This document shows positions 20,674 to 31,916 of a stretch of DNA of 64,000 nt, in pieces. The DNA is taken from the NCBI GenBank assembly GCA_977018835.1, contig OZ361258.1:1178001-1242000 (forward strand). Direction: 5' to 3'. This DNA comes from Minutocellus sp. GHC0000111 (taxonomy: Eukaryota). Each line of letters opens with the position of its first letter. The first letter of the stretch is position 1. Below the pieces are notes generated by a model. That model was not told where the DNA came from. It was given only the letters and a program-made list of their open reading frames with translations, and did not search any database. Both the position numbers and the translations under genes were made by a program.

Positions 20674-22332
20674 TTAATCAAATTGGAGTTCTTCCAATAT
20701 CGAAAGGAAAGCATCCTTTCTCTTCCCTTCTCCAGTACCGGTAACTTCATCGTCGGCACCCCCCTCAAGGTCCAAAACTCTCTCCAATTCATTCCTAACC
20801 AGAGATGAAAGTCTATCGCTGGTCCCAACCAAAGCAACGATACGACGGCGAGCAATATCTTCCGACATGTCCGCCGTGGATCCACCTGCTTCACCCATAT
20901 CTTCATTTGCATTGTTTGATGAAATAATAGACTTTATCACTCTGTCTGCCAAGATACGGGGCATATCGAGATGAATATCGATGGTTCTTTGGAGCAAATG
21001 TCGAATATATTCGTGAGCGAAAGGAAAGTAGGCGTGACTGATTGCACAAAGTAACGGCGACGCCAAATTCGCCCATGCTGGCGAGCTCGGGATTGAATTA
21101 TTTCCTTTCTTCTCGTCTTTTGCTTGCAGCTTGATCAATTTTTGGCAGAGTTCGGTGCACAATGTCGAAGAACACGCCTTGTCGACATCCAAAGACGATA
21201 TAACGATGCCGGACTTGCTATCATGGGCTGTTGAGCTGCTCGTTTGGCCCTGCTCGGCACCTAACAACCTAATCCTTCTAATCGGTTCCAATAATAAAAG
21301 CCCATACACTTCCATTACTCGCATATTGGAAAGCGCCAGCATCCCCAGCTTATCCAACAGCTGCTTCGATGCATTCGTGAGAGACGAAGTTGGTGGTACA
21401 GCAATGTCCCCGGTGCCTCCACCCCCATCTCCCGCATTATCAGCACCCCCGCCAAACTCTACCAACCGATCGTAGATTTCGGAGGCATAGGCAGTGGCCA
21501 CGGATGTGCTGGGCTTTTGGAAATATCTGTCGGATTCGTCCAGCACAGCCAGGCATAGGTTGTCTCTACTCAGACCCACGAGATTGGACAGAGACTCGTC
21601 GGACTTGAGTTCGTTGGCAGCTACATCCTTTTCATTACTGGTAGTATTGTTACTAACACCAATTGACGCTGCCAAACACGCATTGTACAGCTCATGCGTC
21701 TCAGATCTGGCCATGGCGATGTCAGCGAGATCGGATCTCATTGCATCCAAAGGACGCCGACGCCCACCGCCGTACTCCCTGGAAGAAGTACTAGTAGACG
21801 CAGCAGCGCCATTAGACTCAGCCGCTGCATATCCTACCAAGACTTCTCGGACGGGAGCCTCCGACCTCTTGGGCTCTTTTCGGCGGATACGGTGCTCATC
21901 TCCAAGACTGTCATCATCGGCTGGCTTCCGAGGTCTGGCCGGCCGAGCCTCGGCAATGCCAGAATTGTGCAGCAGCGACCGGAGCAAATTGAAGGCATCC
22001 TTGTCTGCAGCACCTGCAAAAGAGGAGCCACCAGGCCTAGTTGCAGCATGGGCAGCAGGCGCCGATGTTGGCGGCTGGCGGAACCAGAGCAATGCGTTGC
22101 GGACGTCGGTGTTGGTCCAGGCATAGGGTCCGTGCGATTGAGCAGCAGCGAGGAGGTCCGCCCGACGCTGCGCCGTTCGTTCCTCCACCTCGGAAGATGA
22201 GAGGAGACGGCGGCGCTGCTTCGGCCGCTCGCCAGCGGCCTGAGAGGAGGTCATGGTGCACGCAGCCGTACGACGCCCCTTGCCTTGATGATATGACTGC
22301 ATCAAGGCACCAAGCAAAGCATCAGATATCAT
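20674..22332 (-). CDS. Hypothetical protein
   Basis: 552-aa ORF with a helical-looking C-terminal half and no recognised motif. Confidence 0.7.
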   Translation of the reverse strand: MISDALLGALMQSYHQGKGRRTAACTMTSSQAAGERPKQRRRLLSSSEVEERTAQRRADLLAAAQSHGPYAWTNTDVRNALLWFRQPPTSAPAAHAATRPGGSSFAGAADKDAFNLLRSLLHNSGIAEARPARPRKPADDDSLGDEHRIRRKEPKRSEAPVREVLVGYAAAESNGAAASTSTSSREYGGGRRRPLDAMRSDLADIAMARSETHELYNACLAASIGVSNNTTSNEKDVAANELKSDESLSNLVGLSRDNLCLAVLDESDRYFQKPSTSVATAYASEIYDRLVEFGGGADNAGDGGGGTGDIAVPPTSSLTNASKQLLDKLGMLALSNMRVMEVYGLLLLEPIRRIRLLGAEQGQTSSSTAHDSKSGIVISSLDVDKACSSTLCTELCQKLIKLQAKDEKKGNNSIPSSPAWANLASPLLCAISHAYFPFAHEYIRHLLQRTIDIHLDMPRILADRVIKSIISSNNANEDMGEAGGSTADMSEDIARRRIVALVGTSDRLSSLVRNELERVLDLEGGADDEVTGTGEGKRKDAFLSILEELQFD

Positions 22333-22532
22333 ATCAAGATGCCGCCGACGACGGACGGACTGACCGACCAGCTTAGCGCGCGCTTACCTAGGTAGGCCTA
22401 CGCTTACGTTACGCTTGCTAGCTTTGTGCTCCACATGTGCGCGCATTTTGCACATTCGTTCAGAGATTCGATCATCAGTTGAGACCGAGGCATCTTCCCT
22501 AATACAAAGCAATTGGTGAATCAAAACAAGAT

Positions 22533-23566
22533 ATGACATCAGGAGGCGATTCAACAATGGGAGGAGAAACTCGGAAGCGGGTAATCCGAACTACGACCAG
22601 GACGGTGGTACGGAGCGGGAACTCAACAAAGACCACCGTCACCCGATCGTCAGGGAGCGGCGAATCAGCCAATGATAGCAACATCGATCTGTCCTCCAAG
22701 GCGACAGCAGTGGTCATTGCGGTGGCCGTCGGTGCTGCGTCGTTTCTCATCAAGGGGATGAAATCCTACCAGCACTCCATCTACCAATCGATATTGCGCG
22801 AACAGTTCCAAGTCAAAATAGTCGATGGATTCTTGGACGACGATTTGGAGCTGAAGAATCGCGTGCAAAACGACACACTTTGGAGGGCATGCGACACCAT
22901 AACCTCAGCAGCTGCTGCAACGTCCACACGATTTTGGTTCTACAAGGGACAGCCACGAAACATATTTGAGGAGCTGGCCGAAAAGATATACATGGGTACA
23001 CCTTATTGGGACGAGGCGGTAAGCTTTGAGTATTGGTGCAATATCATCGAGCTGGGTAAGGGCAGCTTTGGCCAGCGGTTGGAACATCCATGGCACACGG
23101 ATCGTGATGAGGATGTTTTAGCAAAGGAGAAGAAATTTGTCACTCCTCTCATGGGAAGTGTCTTTTATGGGTTCGACGAAGAATTTGAGGGTGGCGAGTT
23201 TTTCACATGATTGATTCTGTGCCATACAAGCTTGGCACAAAGGAACGAGCACCAGGGGACGAGTGTCATCCAACAGAGGGAATGTGTTTGACCAATCCCC
23301 ACCTTTTTGATAAAGATAGCCCTGCAGATCATATGCGAGTCCCGGCAATGTTCAACCGTTTGATATACGCCGATGTATCGCACTTTCACAAGGTTGATCG
23401 AGTTCGTCGAGGGAAGCGATATGCCCTTGCGGTGAATGCCAATCATTGGCTCCCGTACGATTATCCAAAGCTAGCGCCGACCAATGAAGAGCTTGTGGAG
23501 ATGGCCAAGTCGATTACCGAAGAGGACATCAATGTGCAGCATGACATCGCCAGTATTCTTTCGTAA
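22533..23566 (+). CDS. Membrane-anchored 2OG-Fe(II) oxygenase-like protein, frameshifted near 23200
   Basis: N-terminal TM, FEYWCN, WHTD (HxD), GSVFY..FEGG. After the shift come FNRLIYAD..FHKV (distal His) and KRYALAVN (2OG-binding Arg). Confidence 0.8.
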
Positions 23567-23766
23567 CATAAGAAGTCTACACTCTGCGCATGTTGTTCCT
23601 GTCTCAAGTTTACCATTTTTTGTAGCATACCACTTGCTTAGTTCAACGGCGCCTTATCTATCACATTTATTTATGCCCAAAGCTCTCAATCCCCAAGCAC
23701 TGTTCTAACTTGGCCATAATTTGACGCCGTGACAAAAAACAACATTCTACGTATCTTCAATCCATG

Positions 23767-24528
23767 CTACTTGCCGGCCAATCCCAGCTCCTCCATCTCC
23801 TCTGGAAAGGTCTCCTTGAGCTTCTCGCACATGTTGGTCCAGTAGGCATCTCTCTCTGCCGGTGCCGGCGGCCCATCCAAGGTCGGGTCGACCTCCTCGT
23901 ACTGCTGCTTCTCCGTCGACCAGATCCTCACGGCTGCCACCGGACGGGGCAGAATGACCTTCTTGCCATGATCGTCGGTCACCTCGAAGGCATCCTTCTC
24001 GTCCTCCGGGGACGGGAACATGTGATGATCGAACACGTTGTACACCGGTCCGATGCCCATCATCCGTCGGAACTCCGCCTTGCACGTCGGTTGGAGCAGC
24101 CTCTTTTCCCAGTCGGCGAACTTGCCGGCGCGGAAGGCCAGCAGATATTCCAAGCACACCATGGACAGGCGCCACTCGGCCCCACCGCCTGCTCCGGACT
24201 TGGCGGCATCGTCGGCGAAGCGGTACTCCACCAGATGGGCCGGGGGCAGCTCTTCATAGGATACCTTGCACTCAATGAGGAGGGGCGCGGCATCCTTGCC
24301 ATCGCGGATGCGGACGGCGTGTTCCAGTGGTCCCCGTCCGCCGGCACATCGGACGGCCACCAGGGCATCGGTGGGGAGGAGGGTGTCGGCATGTTCCGTG
24401 GCGAGGCGGGAACTCCAGACCTGCCGCCGGTCGGCGGAAACCTCGCCAACGACCTCCTTGGACGTAACCGGGCCCTCATCCTCGTCGTTGAGGGCGAGGC
24501 CGTCGATGAGTTGCTGGTGTTCTGCCAT
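23767..24528 (-). CDS. Hypothetical protein
   Basis: GC3-biased ORF starting MAEHQQLID, with globular composition. Confidence 0.8.
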   Translation of the reverse strand: MAEHQQLIDGLALNDEDEGPVTSKEVVGEVSADRRQVWSSRLATEHADTLLPTDALVAVRCAGGRGPLEHAVRIRDGKDAAPLLIECKVSYEELPPAHLVEYRFADDAAKSGAGGGAEWRLSMVCLEYLLAFRAGKFADWEKRLLQPTCKAEFRRMMGIGPVYNVFDHHMFPSPEDEKDAFEVTDDHGKKVILPRPVAAVRIWSTEKQQYEEVDPTLDGPPAPAERDAYWTNMCEKLKETFPEEMEELGLAGK

Positions 24529-24696
24529 TTTGTTTTTTTTTCTGGACGGTCGATACCGAGTACTCCACGTGTCGACACTGGAAAAAGTTGTGCCATTTTT
24601 CTCATCTTGGAAAGCGACACTGTCTCCGGGTTTCTTTGTCACCTCGACAAAAATTCAAGTACAACGTTCATTTCCAGCACGAGAGAGTCCCGAACA

Positions 24697-25747
24697 ATGG
24701 CAAAAGGCAAGAAGACAGCGGCCGCTCCCAAGGCAGCGGCGCCCAAGACGGAGGAGCCCAAGAAGGGCTCAGGTAGGTTTTCGTTTTGTTTGCGGACCGA
24801 GGTGCTGGCGAGGAAGGCATGATGGGGGAGATTTCACTTGGAGAAAAGCAAAGCGAGTGCAGCTCGTGCACGCATTTGTTCCTGCATGTCATGTTTCATC
24901 ATCGGGGCTGTTGTCTGCGCACGTGGTATCTGGGCACCGATCTTTGGTACTCAAGTTACCAAGGTTTGTTGCCTGGTTGCGAAATTTCGTCGGTTGGGTA
25001 CGAACATTTCGTCTCTTGCTTTTCAACGTTCGGTTCGGAGGGGAACGAACCCTCGTCCACACACGGCACGTGGCACATGTGGTCAGTTTCCATCGTTTGG
25101 GCAGTCGACACATGGCTCGATGTGGCTTTGGCATATGGATACCAATATAATGTGCTTTACGAGGCATCGGAACTTTCGTATCCAAGCAGCGAAAATTTCG
25201 CCGCTCGGAACCAAAATTTCGTCGCTGTCTCTCCGCGGCGTCTTTCAGCGTATGGACGACTCGGTCTCTGCACATTTCATAGGCCCATGCTTCCAGGCTC
25301 GCCGAGGGCTTTCAGGTGCACCACCATAGTCCAGGATTGGTCACGAGATGGGTGGCGTTTGTTTCCGCAGATCGATACTCTATTGTCAATTTGGTCGTGC
25401 TTCGTAGATTTCTCTCCAACAATATTGCCAAATCATTGCGCTCACTTTCCTCTTCACGACCTTTCCACCCCAAACTTCCCATTGTGCCAATAGCCATTGA
25501 GGCGGTGAAGCACTTTTCGTTGTTTGCGCACTTCCTCTCGGGTATCGCTGTCCTCGTATTTTATTACTGTGGCAACCAAGAGGAGAAGGATAAATATCTG
25601 AACCGCCTCCTGGTCGCGTGCATGTCCCTCCTGTTCATGGCCATTGCATTGCCACCCCTTGGTCTGCCCAAGCCGGAATCGCATGATTTGCAAAATAAGG
25701 GCTTCGAGATACCGAAGATTTCTCAGGAGCCTCTGAAGAAGGATTAG
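24697..25747 (+). CDS. Small two-TM membrane protein; exons 24697-24772 and 25494-25747 (721-nt intron)
   Basis: MAKGKKTAAAPKAAAPKTEEPKKGS G|GTAGG...AATAG|CC gives in-frame AIEAVKHFSLFAHFLSGIAVLVFYY...LLVACMSLLFMAIALPP...KKD*. Confidence 0.75.
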
Positions 25748-26091
25748 AAGGTGGATTGGATTTCAGTTTTAGTGGCCGTTCGCTTTTGAGATCTGAAAGA
25801 ATAACGCATTTGGGGATGCTCTCATTGGGTTGTGACGACCACTTTCATGCTGATTTCTTTTGCATTTCATGGGCGGACGAATGTATTTATTTGCAATGCG
25901 GAAAGTGTGCGGAATAAAAAAAAATCCTCTACCAGCTCAGGGGCTCAACCAGCTACGCAGTACATTTGAGACGCAAATCTTGCAGTGATGTGGTGGCATC
26001 CGAGGCAATGCCCCAGATTGCTCGGAATGCCAAGAGCAACAGATATTTGATAACAGATTTTTCATTTCGTTCACCGCACAACAAACTATGG

Positions 26092-26938
26092 CTATTGCTC
26101 CTCAAGCGAAGCCTTTAGAAATTCTACCATCTTATCCACATATGCGGCCTTGGTTGGAAATAAGTGTCCCTTGTCATGGACAACGAGTTCTCCGTTGCCT
26201 CCTCTCCGGCACAATGCATCTGTTGACTCCACTGAAATGATTGCATCTGTTTCACCGGCCAGATGCAGTTTTGGAATCGCCAATCCTGAACCTGTATCTT
26301 GTAAGTCTCCCGACTCTGCTACCCATTCCGATGCAGATTCAAATACCTCCTCGATATGAGGTGCCCCAGCGGTGAGCACTGCTCGAACCGGTACTGCCCC
26401 TGACGTGGCCAATGCCGTTACAACAGTACCACCCTGCGAAAAAAACCATCAATCCATCGAATGGCCCATGTTTCAAGGCATATTCGGAGACATATGTCAT
26501 TGCCTCTGCAAGCTTGAGATATCGATACTGCTCTGGGTTGTCCTCCAGAGGCTCTCTCAGGAACCAAGCCCTCGCCGTGTTGAACATTGGCGTTTCTGCA
26601 TCGGACCCTGCAGATGCACTTGGTGCAGTTGTTGACTGCGAAACCTCCTCCAAATCGATGGGCCCGTCCAAAAAAGTCAAGTCGAACGCCCTCTCCAGCT
26701 TCCGTCGTGCACCACCAATCTTTTTGGGGAAAGACTCGGCCGTCTGCGCCTTGCCGTGAAGACAGAGTATTCTGGGCTTTGTCATTGCTGAGAATGCCTC
26801 GACCGTGCTGCTCTTGAACACGAGCAAACAGACCAGCAATGGGAACAGAGTAGTCAAAGGAGCGGCAATTGTGTTCTTTGGTACCAAGCGCGATTTTAAG
26901 CCAGCGCCGAAGGTAGGAGGGGTGGAACGGCTACTCAT
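26092..26938 (-). CDS. FSH1/OVCA2-family serine hydrolase, frameshifted at a homopolymer near 26440
   Basis: PRILCLHG..Q, FLDGP, GPFDGLM(GFSQGG) nucleophile region, LHLAGETDAII and HDKGHLFP. Confidence 0.88.
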
Positions 26939-27079
26939 GGAAGACTGGAAGACTCATGCGAACGACAGTAGCGGTTGTGCGCGCAATGCGAGGCAGCAAA
27001 AGCCGGGCGACGGTCAGAACATTTATTTTCGCCGCGTCATTCGACATTCGACAACGCGCCACAACCACTCGCCTGACTA

Positions 27080-27127
27080 CGAGGTCCGGGACAGCAATTT
27101 CGGGGACCCGGTTTTTTGGGTCTTTGG
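27080..27127 (+). repeat. Left terminal inverted repeat
   Basis: TA|CGAGGTCCGGGACAGCAATTTCGGGGACCCGGTTTTTTGGGTCTTTGG. Confidence 0.9.
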
Positions 27128-27278
27128 ACTTTCCGACACGGCGGTTTGCGCGCACCTTGAAAAACACGCGGCAAAGCAAGCAAATCAAAACACATCCGTC
27201 AACAACGACCTCCAAGCAATTACCACAAATAGACTGGGCAACTTCTGCCGACTGGCGCTTCAAGAAGCTTCCATACTC

Positions 27279-28415
27279 ATGGATACTCCAAAGGGACACA
27301 TCTTCAGTCCACCGCGTCCACCGAAACGCGCCGAGGCGACTGCATTCAGCCCCTCGCGCCATGAGAAGGAAACTTCCAACGAAACGCCGGAACATCCGCG
27401 GTATCGAGAGAACAAGGACAACCATGACGAGGAGGACAACCAAGGGGTCCCACCGGCATCGTCAGACCTCACATCTCCTCGTGTGTTGAAATATCGACGC
27501 GAGTACAACGAAGAGGATGGCTTCGCCGCCGAACAAGCCCAAGCAAGGAAGTACTTGCATCATGACATATTGCGTGCCGACTTTCGCGGTACCGCTACCG
27601 TTTCATCTCATTCTGATGAAGATGATTCATTCTCAGAGACGAGCATAGCAACCGCCGACGCAAAGCCAAGCGGCGAGAGGAGAAAGCCCGTGAGCTCATT
27701 CGACCTTCCCTCCGCCACGCCCATGGTAACAAGTCCAATGTCAGTTCATACTCAGTATGCTCTTACCCCAAGCCGCTCATGCCCGTCGTTCAGCAACCTT
27801 CAATTGTCATCCCCTACCATCTTGGAGCCCTTGCCTCCAACCGAACCAACCGAACGACAGATTGAACGAGAGGTTGAGGAACATCGGAGGCTTGCGTGCT
27901 TTTTGACGTACGGAGAAGCACCACTACCACAAGATATAAAGAACTACAAGTCACCCACATGTAGTCTGAGGCCCGAACCAAGAAGAAAAGAGAAAGGGGT
28001 CTACCTCCCCTTCAAACAAGTTCCTGGTTGGGGTAGCGAGGTCGCGGTCACCACAGTGCTAGGCATGATCGAAGTCGATCGCCAAGTAAGAGAGGGTCGT
28101 GGTGCCTACCCGAAAGGGTGGAGAAGCAGAGAACTCGGATTGTATGATAACAAGACAATAGAATTCTCTATTGCATTATCTACTGACAAGATTGCATTAG
28201 ATGCATATAAGTTGGGATATGAGGATGGGAGTAAACAACCAACTGCTCACCCTGCCCTCACTGACAATAAACTTGCCGATGCATATGGTGTGAAGCGCGG
28301 AAAGATTCGTCAGTCCCTCCACGCTGTGTGGCTTTCTAATGATCATAAGAAGGCCAAGGAGGCAAAAAAGAATACCGGTAGAAATAGAAGAACAAAGAAG
28401 CCCACCGTGATATAA
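27279..28415 (+). CDS. Transposon-borne cargo ORF of unknown function, possible C-terminal HTH
   Basis: Uninterrupted 378-aa ORF from MDTPKGHIF inside the TIRs. TDNKLADAYGVKRGKIRQSL is HTH-like and is followed by a basic tail. Confidence 0.7.
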   Translation: MDTPKGHIFSPPRPPKRAEATAFSPSRHEKETSNETPEHPRYRENKDNHDEEDNQGVPPASSDLTSPRVLKYRREYNEEDGFAAEQAQARKYLHHDILRADFRGTATVSSHSDEDDSFSETSIATADAKPSGERRKPVSSFDLPSATPMVTSPMSVHTQYALTPSRSCPSFSNLQLSSPTILEPLPPTEPTERQIEREVEEHRRLACFLTYGEAPLPQDIKNYKSPTCSLRPEPRRKEKGVYLPFKQVPGWGSEVAVTTVLGMIEVDRQVREGRGAYPKGWRSRELGLYDNKTIEFSIALSTDKIALDAYKLGYEDGSKQPTAHPALTDNKLADAYGVKRGKIRQSLHAVWLSNDHKKAKEAKKNTGRNRRTKKPTVI

Positions 28416-28510
28416 ACAAACCAATGCTGCTGCATCTTACATGTAGATCTATAAATAATTTGTAGACGTGTAACATTTATTTAATACATGTGTAAAGACA
28501 TTAACACTAT

Positions 28511-31315
28511 CTATTTATTAGAAGGATGACGAGCTGAGGGCTCCATCCCCTTGGCCGTTTCGTTGAAGTCGATCCTAATTCCAGTGTGCAAGTTTTCGTC
28601 ACCCAACCTTCCAACAAACTCATTGCTACCACCGGCCTTAATCACCAGGCCCATTATCCTCCAGTACTGAATGAAGGCCGAAGCAATTTTGCAGTTAGGC
28701 ATGCTATCGTAAACGTCCTCGGCAGTGTCCCAGATCTGGTCGGTGGAAATGACGGAGGTGCCTACCATTTTTCGTGCCCATTCCGAGTGCCGCCGGCTCA
28801 TCGCGGGGAACACGCTCAAGTCAAGGACGTTGGCGTGAGGCATCTGCGGTGCCTGTGGCTGCCACGTCCAGCCTTGCTCAGCACAGAAGTTAGTAACAAA
28901 TTGCGTGAAGGTTCCGTCCTCGTGAGGCCCGGCCTGGTCGCCCTGGATAATAACATGGCAATCTTCGTATTGCTTGCCCGGACCGACAAGGTTGAGAATC
29001 GCTGGGAAAATAGTCTCCTTGAATACGAGGAGCAAAGAGCATTTCGGATCCTTTTTGGTGCCTTCGTTCGATCCAGTAACGCAACAATCAACAAGAAACG
29101 ACTCTCCTTTCCGGCGAAGAGGTTCCTTTCGTGTCCCATCGGGGTTGGTATTTGGGTACCGTGTTGAACCATCAGGCTGTGATGCTGCTTCGTACTGAGC
29201 TCGCTCCGCTATTTTAGGAGCTTGAGCTCGTACCAGTGGCAGTTTTACAACCTCGCACCCACTCTCAAGAGAACCGTCAAAGACAGCGGCAACAAATGCA
29301 ATGGCCATGACCTTGTTGATGTGGCTCCTGCGAAAGGCCGCGTAATCTCGCTTTTTCACGCCGATTTCCTCGCAAGCCTTCGCAAAAGCTCGGAGGACGA
29401 GACCCCAGAACCATTTCTCATCGTAATGCACGAGGAGAACTCGCTTCTTTCCATTCGGTAAATTGCCGTTCTCATCCCGAATGTTCCAGAAATTCCGCAC
29501 GAGCTGAGCAAAGGCCAGATGCTTAGCTTTTTGAGCCTCCGACAGGCGCGGTACCAGCCGCTCCTTGTAGAAAGTGAAGGTGTCGAATGACTTGAGCCAC
29601 CGCTCCCACAGCTGCTTGTCATCGTCGCTGATGGTGTCGTACTCGGCCAGGTACGTTTTGAGCAACTCATTGTCAGCCTCCTTCGATGCAGAATCATAGC
29701 AGTCTTCCTTTGCCTCTCTGCACTTATTGATTGCATACAGGCGCTTAGCAGCAAAGTACTGCTCAGCCGTCTTGTAATTGTCAATGGTAGACTTTGGCCG
29801 AACCGACGAATCCTTGGGAGCGGGGGTGACAAATGCAAGCTCGGCCTGATCTGCTGGCATGCCCCGGGCAATGGCATTCTTCCGAGACTCGTTCTGGATG
29901 TCTCGCAGCCCATTCTTACCCTTCCCCCACGCTCTGCAGAGCTCACGAATAGTGACCCTCCCATCCGACTGAAACTTCTGCGATGAACTGTTCCTACTTG
30001 AGTGCTGCGTCCCTCCGGTGCTCTTCAAATGCACTTCCAGAAGCAATCCCTGGGCAAAAAGCATGCTCTTGTCCTCGTCGTTCAATCCCTTCTTGCCTTT
30101 GGTTGCTCGATTCGCCTCCTTTCGAAGACATCCATCCTTCTTCCTGTGTCGCATGCCATGCAAAAGCTTTCCGACAAGAGTCTCCATCGGACTGCCATCG
30201 CTCTTTGCACGCTTGTTGGCACCGGCGCTGTCAACACCATCCATCCCCGCCTGAGCAGCTGCTGTCCGTTTGCGCCTGTCCTTGGCAATTGAATCGGTGT
30301 TGAGGCCGAGTGGGATCGGGGTGATGGCCTTGAGAGGCACATTCTCATGCATCATGCCACCAAAAGGCTTCTCATGCTGGACATCGCAAAGAGCACCTCC
30401 ACCGACACCTCGACTGACCACAACAAATCCCTTGCCCTCAGGCCGATTCATGTTGGGACTGAAGTCGGCAGACACAAGGACATGTTCCCCAGCACTGATG
30501 GCAGGTCGCATGTTGTCTTCCATTCTCATTGCTTTCTTGCGTTCGGGTGGTGCATCCGTCGGCATCCTGTGCGACCGAAGATGTTTTCACGCATTTGTGC
30601 CCTCTGCTCCAAATGACGCATCGCCTCCTTCATTTTGTTCCTTTTCTTCTCGGCATCGACCATGGCCTTTTCATCCTTCCGCTTTTCTCGTTTCAAGGCA
30701 TCCCTTAGCCCTTTCAAAGCCTCCTCTGCAGCTTTGTGTTGCGCTTCGGCCTCAACCAGCAGCACATCCAAATTCTCCTCGGTCGATCCACCAGAATTGG
30801 CGGTGCCGGCAGCAGAAACACCGACACTGGCAGGATTGCCAGATTCTTCACTGTTGCCGCTTCCATCCACCACCATGGACTCGGCGACGCCCCCAGCTTC
30901 GATGTTGTCATCACCAGGACGAGCAGCGATGCCTGCCAGCATTGTCCTCGACCGTCGGCTCAGGGCTGGCATCGGCGTCATTGGATGACGAATTGCGCCG
31001 AGCAATTTGAATTTGAGAAATCGGCACATCTTGTGCCGGATCAGGACCGGTCTGGCTCGGACAGCACAGCTCCTCCTCTCGGGCTTGCTCCACAATATCC
31101 TGCTGTTTCTGAAGTGAGAGGCCCGTCCATGCCCGGTTCGCTATGGTCTGGATCATCCCAGGAGACTTGCCACGAATCGTAGAGGCATCGATGGTGCCGC
31201 TCCGATGGACAAAACAATCAAAGCATGGGATGGAGCTGCCGGACCGACGGGAGCGGCGACATGCTGGCGCATCAGCTGCGGTGGCAGCAGTAGTAACAGC
31301 CATTTGCATTAACAT
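28511..31315 (-). pseudogene. Mariner-type transposase with a long, frameshifted and hypermutated N-terminal region
   Basis: Three overlapping ORFs (30911-31315, 30526-31095, 28511-30565). The last has an intact D..D38D triad. Confidence 0.85.
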
Positions 31316-31846
31316 GGTGTTGGATGCAGTATTTTGTGGCAGTAGAGCAACAGTTTGTATGTCGGGTGGGTTGGAAATGAGGAAGGTTTCATTGAGTGGC
31401 GGGCGCGCCGGGCGGGTGATGATTTTTTTGGCCCGCTCGATTTTGGCGCGGGGTCACCCGGACCGCATAAGATACGCCATTATGGGGACCATGGAGACCG
31501 ATATCGGAGCTCAAACCATATGGCTACTTGAATCAATGCATTTGGGAGGTGGTGGTGGGGTCGGGAGGTGGAGGAGGTGACCGGTTGTCATCGGAAAAAC
31601 TGGCAGAAGTCGGGAGGGGCGATGGATGGGGTGAGTCGGCCAGACAGACGCTGGCATGGGAAGATGAAATCGATATCTCCGAGTCGGTCCAAGGTCAAGG
31701 ACCAACCCGTTCTGGAGATACCACGCTTATCCCTTGCGTGAAGCGGATGCCGTCGGCACTGCCGTCACCGCCATCTTGAAGACAGGACGATAGCAAATAA
31801 ATGCTGCTTGCTGCGTGCGTTTGTGCTGATTTTTATGAGATTTTGC

Positions 31847-31893
31847 CCGAAGACCCGAAAACCGGGTCCCTGAAACTGCTGTCCGCGACCTCG
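31847..31893 (-). repeat. Right terminal inverted repeat
   Basis: Reverse complement reads CGAGGTCGCGGACAGCAGTTTCAGGGACCCGGTTTTCGGGTCTTCGG. Confidence 0.9.
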
Positions 31894-31916
31894 CACTTTC
31901 CCCAACATCGGTGACG

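Larger units (their letters stand above)
27080..31893 (-). mobile_element. Tc1/mariner-superfamily DNA transposon (DD38D, related to plant-type DD39D mariners), 4814 bp, two convergent ORFs
   Basis: Imperfect TIRs at 27080-27127 and 31847-31893. The left flank is TA and the right flank is CA. Transposase motifs are HYDEKWF, QGDQAGPH and QAPQMPHANVLDLSVF. Confidence 0.9.

Noticed and set aside
23196..23215. TGA in the 2OG oxygenase as a selenocysteine or readthrough codon
   Set aside because: The conserved downstream motifs are in a different frame, so this is a frameshift.
25995..26031. Imperfect hairpin GGCATCCGAGGCAAT...ATTGCTCGGAATGCC between convergent genes
   Set aside because: Short and imperfect, with no recognisable SECIS, snoRNA or tRNA features.
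26805..27278. N-terminal 158 aa of the 536-aa ORF 26805-28415
   Set aside because: It runs across the neighbouring gene start and the left TIR from a non-ATG start. The likely start is ATG 27279 inside the element.
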